A stretch of 64,000 bases of DNA from Lachnospiraceae bacterium (GTDB taxonomy: Bacteria; Bacillota; Clostridia; Lachnospirales; Lachnospiraceae), in assembly GCA_017470935.1 (NCBI GenBank), contig JAFUXG010000055.1, forward strand, positions 22,992 to 86,991. The letters are read 5' to 3'. Made by a program: the position numbers and the translations under genes. The notes under the pieces are model-generated. The model did no database searches. It was not told the DNA's origin and saw only the letters and a program-made list of their open reading frames with translations. This document shows, piece by piece, positions 19,101-24,981 of this stretch. How positions within the stretch are numbered: position 1 is the stretch's first letter; the number at the start of each line of letters is the position of its first letter.

Positions 19101-20796
19101 TCATACTGTATTTTCACTTGCAAGAAAATACGCGCCATCCATTATATTTATCGATGAGATTGATGTGATTGCAAAAGACCGTATCAAGCATGATGGTGAT
19201 CCCAGAATTATTAATCAGCTTTTGACGGAAATGGATGGATTTGAAACAGATCCTTCCAGACCGGTATTCGTAATCGCTGCGACTAATTACGACCCGGAAA
19301 TTTTAGACGAAGCGTTGTTGCGCAGATTTGGAAATACGATCTTAATCAAAAAACCGGGATTAAATAGCCGAACATTATTCATCAAGAAAAAGATTGAAGA
19401 AATGTCAAAAGAAAAATTGGCTTTTGATTTGAGTGGGCTTAGTGATGCTGATGTAGAGAAGTTTGCTAGGGTTATGAGTGGGCAGAGTCTGGCGGAGATT
19501 GAAAATGTCATTAACTACACTATGTCGCAGGCGGTCATGAAACGCCAGGAAGTAGATTATGCCTTCCTATATAATTGTTTTGAGGAATATTATTATGGAC
19601 TGGAAACTAAGTCAGATGATGGTACGAAAGAATTTGAGCAAGTCACATATCATGAGGCAGGTCATGCACTGATGGGATTCTTATCCGGAAAGAAGTTCTA
19701 CCCGGATTATGCTACAGTGGTTTCCCGTGGTGGGTTTGGCGGTTATGTAGATTTTAATATTGTGCATAGGAGGAAAGAAGATTTCCTTTCACACATTCGT
19801 ATTTCATTAGCAGGAAGGGCTGCCGAGGTTGCGGCATATGGCGAGAATAGGGGTGTTACAATAGGACTGGGTACTGATCTGAAGTATGCGACATCTTTTG
19901 CTAAGGAATATCTTACTTGTTATGCGATGGAAGATGATTTTATGGTTTCATATTTAGATATTAAGGACATGGAAAAATTCATGACATCGCCCATGGGTGA
20001 AAAAATATATAAAAGGATCAATGAGATACTGGTGGAACAAATGTCGGAAGCTAAGAAACTATTGGAGGAACATCGGGATGCACTGGATGCATTACAAAAG
20101 GAGCTGTATCAAAAGAGGCGTTTAGAGTATGATGATATGAGAGAGATATTGAAACCATATATATCATTAGAAGAAGACAGCGAGAGAAACGATAATGTAA
20201 AGGATGACAAGAAGGATAGCAATAAGAAAAACAAGAGAGAAGGTAACGATAAAGCAGATAATGAGAAAGGAGATAGGATGAAAAAGGCAGATAGTGGTGA
20301 TGAATTGAGATATCTTGTTTATACCGACGGAGGTGCCACCCCCAATCCCGGTGTCGGTGGTTACGGAGTGGTTATCATTGACAAAATGACAGGAGAGAGA
20401 AGAGAGTACAAACAGGGATATGTGGAAACCACCAACAATCGAATGGAACTGAGAGGTGCAATCAGGGCTCTTGAGGAGCTTTCAAAGAAGGATGGGAAAA
20501 TCCTGCTGAAAAGTGATAGCGACTATTTAAGAAGTGGAATCACCGAATGGATTAATAACTGGATAAAAAATGACTGGAGGAACAGCAGAAAAAAACCTGT
20601 GGAAAATTCGGATCTATGGAAAAAATTATCAGAATTGATAGAGGGGAAGGATATAGAGTTTGAATGGGTAAAGGGTCATGACGATAATAATAAAGTGAAC
20701 GATCCTGAAGATACTGCTGAGAACAATTGCTGTGATATTCTTTCGAAAGAAGCGCGTGATGAGAAATTGATAGAGGATGAAGGGTATGTGAAATAA
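16186..20796 (+). CDS. Giant multidomain fusion: RNase H1-type hybrid-binding domain / ClpA-B-like AAA+ / classic AAA+ with M41 (FtsH-like) Zn-protease / RNase HI
   Basis: Uninterrupted ORF. ATG at 16186 follows SD AAGGAGG. HBD: KIYAVKKGEKTGIYNDWKKCEKQIKGFPGA. AAA+ no. 1: GPPGVGKT (17368-17391) and LIFDEIEKA (17566-17592). AAA+ no. 2: GAPGTGKT (18955-18978) and IIFIDEID (19141-19164). Protease: HEAGH (19651-19665). RNase HI: TDGG, NNRMEL, KSDSDY, KGH, CD. No TM segment. Confidence 0.85.
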   Translation: MKKKIYAVKKGEKTGIYNDWKKCEKQIKGFPGALYSSFEYMTELEDEDENKEDSLRHAFMLAEEYMNDDSIGGLKLVYQGKDKEYIQEDSWKKKGFLPFGETISDDADNSQGEGENDVPSDEPQIYNYDHTKEEEVYGMLNLPEEYQQNEPWVEILLCVVGDNYAGTFVGRYNVAALYTALLEFVFNPRHILISFINIYNEMREMKLLQPEIVSGSDWVKNALEVWEDSDEYRELKQRFEKYDMRLIDFDELLVNCRFNAVEGSKENRNTNSSTYQIMEKYIKQGGHSLLDLYREMTENSAYRVELMKVSGSFVNPDLKKSDHITKTNVATSLLNVKLPSIVERKRELDELRSKLFENIYGQDIAIDEFLSGLFYAGLEPDRSGNGPKASYLFIGPPGVGKTYLAKSIADLLGVEARLYQMNEYMDDEHSASDLIGHDYTWKDSHEGSLTGFVKTHPNAVLIFDEIEKACSSVKQLFLSILEGGFLTDKYSDEKIKFSDTICIFTTNAGRQFFEERWDENLSSIPENTIIDAIKNDKGRDGKPIMPPELLSRLQKGKVILFNHINEKSLIPVVKKSIGEGKKLVEEGLQITYEYDEETLPYLFLYSMGNRLDARIASERSKKFVMESVYRLMQSEKAKERIKNVKTTLALDGDVAKRYFWEADKREKRNLIVVCGNKDRKGNYSLLEKMSDKSVCSLHYVYQFENSETKESDKNHNIRTLLRTKEIDGILIDFYYNKEGGEYRQRQQGKAVYESLLLNDSVPAQIYRWLQEQPKTPPIYAISFGNEYRASEKKELLENGIEDIISLPKSEYDLSTFVKECFLQEQMQKLQKKGRRLDYNICMLEQKEEGTIELEVGSFREVNDFGTDADVVMINDKNRPGVTFNDVIGNRQAVNELRKFKIFLEKPDWFRKSGAKVSRGILMLGAPGTGKTMLAKALANEADCPFISCTGVELLKNEGNRQMQTGDGVVKDIHTVFSLARKYAPSIIFIDEIDVIAKDRIKHDGDPRIINQLLTEMDGFETDPSRPVFVIAATNYDPEILDEALLRRFGNTILIKKPGLNSRTLFIKKKIEEMSKEKLAFDLSGLSDADVEKFARVMSGQSLAEIENVINYTMSQAVMKRQEVDYAFLYNCFEEYYYGLETKSDDGTKEFEQVTYHEAGHALMGFLSGKKFYPDYATVVSRGGFGGYVDFNIVHRRKEDFLSHIRISLAGRAAEVAAYGENRGVTIGLGTDLKYATSFAKEYLTCYAMEDDFMVSYLDIKDMEKFMTSPMGEKIYKRINEILVEQMSEAKKLLEEHRDALDALQKELYQKRRLEYDDMREILKPYISLEEDSERNDNVKDDKKDSNKKNKREGNDKADNEKGDRMKKADSGDELRYLVYTDGGATPNPGVGGYGVVIIDKMTGERREYKQGYVETTNNRMELRGAIRALEELSKKDGKILLKSDSDYLRSGITEWINNWIKNDWRNSRKKPVENSDLWKKLSELIEGKDIEFEWVKGHDDNNKVNDPEDTAENNCCDILSKEARDEKLIEDEGYVK

Positions 20797-20808
20797 TTAA
20801 AGCATGCG

Positions 20809-21198
20809 ATGCAGAAAGGGGAAATAATATTGAGCAGAAGGCAACATGATAGGTGGTATATCTCGGATATAGATGAATCGCATGACACCTGGTTAAATGG
20901 CGACAAAAAAGATAAACCCCAGGAATCATGGGGAATGCAATTATGGGAGATTGCACAGAAGATGGAAGCGGCAATTCTTATAATCCGTAAAAAGGATGAG
21001 GATGATAAATCCAAAAAGTCTGCAGCTAACATTCTCCGCGAACTTCTACAGGAATGTATATGGGATGAGAATTTGAGTGATCTGACCTCTATCTACAAAG
21101 ACAAGGAAGCGGACAATGTTTTGGGATATGATACCGTTGCTATTTCCACCTTTGTTGGACAAATGGTGGCGGAATATCCAAAGCCCTCAAATCGTTGA
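20809..21198 (+). CDS. Hypothetical protein, small partner ORF of the giant fusion gene
   Basis: 129 codons starting 13 nt after the giant ORF stop. An alternative TTG start at 20830 is preceded by SD AAAGGGG. No recognisable motif. Confidence 0.55.
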   Translation: MQKGEIILSRRQHDRWYISDIDESHDTWLNGDKKDKPQESWGMQLWEIAQKMEAAILIIRKKDEDDKSKKSAANILRELLQECIWDENLSDLTSIYKDKEADNVLGYDTVAISTFVGQMVAEYPKPSNR

Positions 21199-21275
21199 TA
21201 ATTTATTGATATTTCACAGTCTTTATTGAAATGGTATAGACATTATTAAAAAGTTGTGATATATTTTATCTGTTG

Positions 21276-21291
21276 GTTAGTAACATATAAC
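21276..21291. promoter_or_regulatory. GTTAG-N6-(A)TAAC palindrome, degenerate site E
   Basis: GTTAGTAACATATAAC has one mismatch in the right arm. Upstream of the P-type ATPase operon. Confidence 0.35.
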
Positions 21292-21306
21292 TATATATAG
21301 TACAAG

Positions 21307-21341
21307 CTAATTATACATAGATGAATCTAATTATACATAGA
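21307..21341. repeat. Two direct 15-bp repeats CTAATTATACATAGA spaced 20 bp centre to centre
   Basis: Identical copies at 21307-21321 and 21327-21341, in the upstream region of 21399. Confidence 0.6.
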
Positions 21342-21398
21342 ATTTATTAACAGTAGGGAATGTATAGTAGTCAAGGTTAATAACAGGAGGATTTAACA

Positions 21399-21707
21399 AT
21401 GTTTAAAGCTAAGACAATATGTCCTCTTATTGGAGGATTTCTTTTAGGTACAGCCGGAGTGAAGATATTAAGCAGTAAGGATGCAAAGAAGGTATATACC
21501 CATGTGACTGCTGCCGTACTCCGCGGCAAGGATGAGGTGATGAAGACAGCAACTGCCATTAAAGAAAACTGTGAAGATATTAAGGCAGATGCTGATGATA
21601 TCAATGAGAAGCGCCGTGAAGAGGAAAGGCAGAGGGAGATCGAGGACGCTAAGGCTCTTCTCCAGGAAACAAAGAATAAGATCGAAGAGCTGGAGAAAGA
21701 GGAGTAA
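21399..21707 (+). CDS. Small protein with N-terminal hydrophobic segment and charged coiled-coil tail
   Basis: SD AGGAGG. CPLIGGFLLGTAGV, then a K/E/D-rich helix. Precedes the P-type ATPase. Confidence 0.6.
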   Translation: MFKAKTICPLIGGFLLGTAGVKILSSKDAKKVYTHVTAAVLRGKDEVMKTATAIKENCEDIKADADDINEKRREEERQREIEDAKALLQETKNKIEELEKEE

Positions 21708-21789
21708 GCTGCATAGAAATAGATCAATTACTGTTGTAAGCAGTGTAGGATGAGACAAGAATTGGTTTTGTGAATTTGGTAGGAGTCCC

Positions 21790-23862
21790 ATGAAGTGTAA
21801 AATATTACATGAATCGAAAAACAGAATAAGAGTTCATTTTTACAGGAACTATATGACATGTGAAGAGGCAGATAAATTGGAATGTTATCTGCTTTCTCTT
21901 TCGTATGTTGAAGAGGTTAAGGTAAATGAGAGGACATCTGACGCAACAATAAGGTATGATGATGGCAGGAGAGACGAACTGATAAGCGACCTGTCACATT
22001 TTGATCTGAAATGCACAGAGGTTACAGTTTTCGAAAGCACAGGAAGGCAGATGACACATGACTATCAGGACAGACTGTTCTATCATGTTGCAAGAAGAGC
22101 AATAAGCAGGTGGCTGTTCCCGCTTCCTATAAGGAAGGTGATTGCTGTATTCAAAGCATTGCCATACATAAAAGAGGGTCTTAACAGTCTTCTTAGAGGA
22201 AAGCTTTCGGTGTCAGTGCTTGATGCGGCCAGCATTCTAGTATCCATAATAAGAAGAGATTTTGACACTGCCGGTAGTGTAATGTTCCTGCTTGGCGTGG
22301 GAGATATAATGGATGAATGGACCAGAAAGAAGTCGGTAAATGATCTTGCAAGAGCAATGGCATTAAATGTTGACAGAGTCTGGACCTTGTCTGATTCTGG
22401 AGAAGAGGTTTTAGAGGATATCAATAAGGTGGATGTGGGAGATACGATAATAGTAAGAACCGGCAGCATGATCCCCCTTGACGGAGAAGTGATTGAAGGA
22501 GATGCTTCTGTTAACCAGGCATCAATAACCGGTGAAGGTCTTCCTGTACATAAGACAGTGTCAGGATATGTATATGCGGGAACAGTTGTTGAGGATGGAG
22601 AACTTAAGATCAGTGTCAGAAGGACTGTGGGAACAGGACAGTATGACCGTATTGCAAAGATGATCGAGGAGTCCGAAAAGCTGAAATCCGAGACGGAGGA
22701 AAAGGCCTTCAGAATGGCAGACAGGCTGGTGCCCTATACCTTTGGTGCGACGCTTCTTACATATCTGCTCACGGGAGATGTGAACAGAGCGACCTCAATT
22801 TTGATGGTAGATTTCTGCTGTGCACTTAAGCTGTCAATGCCTATTGCTGTGCTCTCCGCAATGAGAGAGGCGGGACAGAAGCATATTTCGGTCAAGGGCG
22901 GAAAGTTCCTTGAAGCAGTTGCTAATGCGGATACCATCGTGCTGGATAAGACAGGAACAATTACCTATGCATGTCCAACATTTAAGGATATAGTCACCTT
23001 TGACGGAGCCGATAAGGATGAATCCTTAAGGCTTGCGGCATGTCTTGAGGAGCATTATCCTCACAGCATGGCTAATGCAGTGGTTAAGGCTGCAGCAGAG
23101 AGAAAGCTTATTCATGAGGAAAAGCATACAAAGGTGGAGTACGTGGTGGCTCACGGAATTGCCAGCACTATAGACGGAGAGAAGGTTGTTATAGGAAGCT
23201 ATCATTTTGTCTTTGAGGACGAGGGCTGTGTGATAGACGAAGCGGAGATGGACAAATTCAATAATCTTTCTGATGAGTATTCTCATCTATATATGGCGAT
23301 TGCAGGCCGCGTCAAGGCAGCCATAATGATAGAGGATCCTGTAAAGAAGGAGGCTTCTGAGGTCATACAGGAATTAAAGAGTTTAGGACTTAAGGTGGTA
23401 ATGCTTACAGGAGACAGCAGCCGTGTGGCAAGAAGGGTTGCCGGAGAGCTTGGTGTGGATGATTACAAGGATCAGGTGCTTCCTGAGGATAAGGCATTAT
23501 ATATAGAGAAGGAACAGGCAGCGGGACGCAAATGCATTATGACAGGTGACGGTGTCAATGATTCACCGGCACTTTCCAAAGCTGATGTGGGAATTGCCAT
23601 TAACAGCGGTGCTGCCATTGCCAGAGAGGTGGCGGATATAATGATATCCGAGGATGACCTTAAGGCGCTCGTTACTCTTCGGAGATTGAGTACTGCACTG
23701 GTGGCAAGGACAAAGGGTAACTATGTGAAGATAGTATCCTTTAATAGCTTCTTAATACTTATGGGCGCTCTTGGATTATTCCAGCCTACGCTAACGGCAC
23801 TGTTGCATAACGGTTCCACAATCGCCATAAGTATGAAATCAATGACTAATCTGCTGGATTGA
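21790..23862 (+). CDS. Heavy-metal-type (P1B-like) P-type ATPase with atypical FCC transmembrane motif and a Cys-less HMA-like N-terminus
   Basis: DKTGTIT phosphorylation motif and TGDGVNDSPAL hinge. FCC (22813-21) aligns with the usual CPC position, within VDFCCALKLSMP. Confidence 0.9.
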   Translation: MKCKILHESKNRIRVHFYRNYMTCEEADKLECYLLSLSYVEEVKVNERTSDATIRYDDGRRDELISDLSHFDLKCTEVTVFESTGRQMTHDYQDRLFYHVARRAISRWLFPLPIRKVIAVFKALPYIKEGLNSLLRGKLSVSVLDAASILVSIIRRDFDTAGSVMFLLGVGDIMDEWTRKKSVNDLARAMALNVDRVWTLSDSGEEVLEDINKVDVGDTIIVRTGSMIPLDGEVIEGDASVNQASITGEGLPVHKTVSGYVYAGTVVEDGELKISVRRTVGTGQYDRIAKMIEESEKLKSETEEKAFRMADRLVPYTFGATLLTYLLTGDVNRATSILMVDFCCALKLSMPIAVLSAMREAGQKHISVKGGKFLEAVANADTIVLDKTGTITYACPTFKDIVTFDGADKDESLRLAACLEEHYPHSMANAVVKAAAERKLIHEEKHTKVEYVVAHGIASTIDGEKVVIGSYHFVFEDEGCVIDEAEMDKFNNLSDEYSHLYMAIAGRVKAAIMIEDPVKKEASEVIQELKSLGLKVVMLTGDSSRVARRVAGELGVDDYKDQVLPEDKALYIEKEQAAGRKCIMTGDGVNDSPALSKADVGIAINSGAAIAREVADIMISEDDLKALVTLRRLSTALVARTKGNYVKIVSFNSFLILMGALGLFQPTLTALLHNGSTIAISMKSMTNLLD

Positions 23863-23868
23863 TGATCG

Positions 23869-23937
23869 AAAAAATGAACAAAGTAGATTCGATGCATGCT
23901 TGCATGCAATCGAAGATATTTTGCGAATGTCCACATG
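23869..23937. repeat. Structured 3-prime-flank repeat (AAAAAATGA-CAAAGT-hairpin-ATTTTGCGAA family)
   Basis: Shares the blocks AAAAAATGARCAAAGT, CATGCTTGCATG and ATTTTGCGAA with 62855-62996. The stem arms differ but remain complementary. Confidence 0.65.
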
Positions 23938-23986
23938 ATGCCGTTAGGTGATATGATATAATAGTTTCTACTTGGTGAGCAAAGCG

Positions 23987-24066
23987 AACCTTAGTAGAAC
24001 TTATATCTGGCACCTTAATGAGCACGAAGTGCGAATTTAGTTGACATGATATATTATGAGGTATGG
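23987..24066. repeat. Two tandem diverged GAGCAAAGCGA-core repeats
   Basis: GAGCAAAGCGAACCTTAGTAGAAC...GGCACC followed by GAGCACGAAGTGCGAATTTAGTTGAC. The second is near-identical to 8050-8099. The first resembles the 5-prime part of the 107-bp unit at 52113. Confidence 0.65.
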
Positions 24067-24122
24067 TAATATGCCATGGATAGGCACATTGTCCTTTATT
24101 CATGGCATTTATTTTAAAGCTG

Positions 24123-24138
24123 TGTTAGTTATCTCTAA
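24123..24138. promoter_or_regulatory. GTTAG-N6-CTAAC palindrome, site D
   Basis: GTTAGTTATCTCTAAC, about 100 nt upstream of the first ABC ATPase gene. Confidence 0.5.
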
Positions 24139-24241
24139 CTTAAAAGTATACAAAAAATAGTAATTGTTCAGGACTGGTGATGTGAAAGTCTGGTTCTGGA
24201 TGGTTACAGATAAATCATAAATGAAAGGAATATGTAGGGAA

Positions 24242-24943
24242 ATGTTTGTTGAGGTTTCGGAGGTAAAGAAAAGCTATGGAGAGGGCGGAAGCTATATAGA
24301 GGTGTTGAAGGGTGTTTCCGTCCAGGTGGAAAAAGGAGAAATGTGTGTAATCCAGGGGACTTCAGGATCGGGAAAATCCACACTGCTTAACTGTATCGGA
24401 GGACTTGATGAGGCTGATTCCGGCTCCATATGTATTGCAGGGCAGGAGATAGTTGGACTTAAGGGAGAGAAGCTTTCGGATTACCGCAGGGACAATCTGG
24501 GCTTTATATTTCAGTTCTATAATCTTGTTCCGAATCTGACAGTAAGGGAAAATATCCAGGTGTGTGAGTATCTGACGGGTGATCCCCTGTCTATGGATGA
24601 GCTTCTTGATGTGCTTGGACTTAAGGAGCATGCAGACAAATTCCCATCGCAGCTTTCAGGCGGACAGCAGCAGCGGTGTGCCATAGCAAGAGCTCTTATC
24701 AAAAATCCAAAGCTTCTGCTCTGTGATGAGCCCACCGGAGCATTGGATTCCAAGACATCAAGGGATATTCTTGTTCTTCTTGAAAGAATAAATACTGCTT
24801 ATGGCACTACCATGATGATAGTAACACACAATAATTCTATCAAGAATATGGTGGATCATGTGATATATCTGAAGGATGGGGAGATATATAAGAATTATTA
24901 TAATGAAGTCAAGGTACCGGCCGTAGAGCTTGAAGATTTGTAG
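24242..24943 (+). CDS. ABC transporter ATP-binding protein (pair 1)
   Basis: Walker A GTSGSGKST, signature LSGGQQQR, Walker B LLCDEPT. Start at MFVEV is preferred over 24221. Confidence 0.9.
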   Translation: MFVEVSEVKKSYGEGGSYIEVLKGVSVQVEKGEMCVIQGTSGSGKSTLLNCIGGLDEADSGSICIAGQEIVGLKGEKLSDYRRDNLGFIFQFYNLVPNLTVRENIQVCEYLTGDPLSMDELLDVLGLKEHADKFPSQLSGGQQQRCAIARALIKNPKLLLCDEPTGALDSKTSRDILVLLERINTAYGTTMMIVTHNNSIKNMVDHVIYLKDGEIYKNYYNEVKVPAVELEDL

Positions 24944-24981
24944 TAATTAGAATGGCTGCAATACGCGAAAGGATTAATGAT

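Noticed and set aside
24071-24119. Hairpin ATGCCATG-22 nt-CATGGCAT followed by a T-rich tract, as terminator of the ATPase operon
   Set aside because: The 8-bp stem with a 22-nt loop is weak. It could equally be part of the repeat cluster. It is not listed as a feature.
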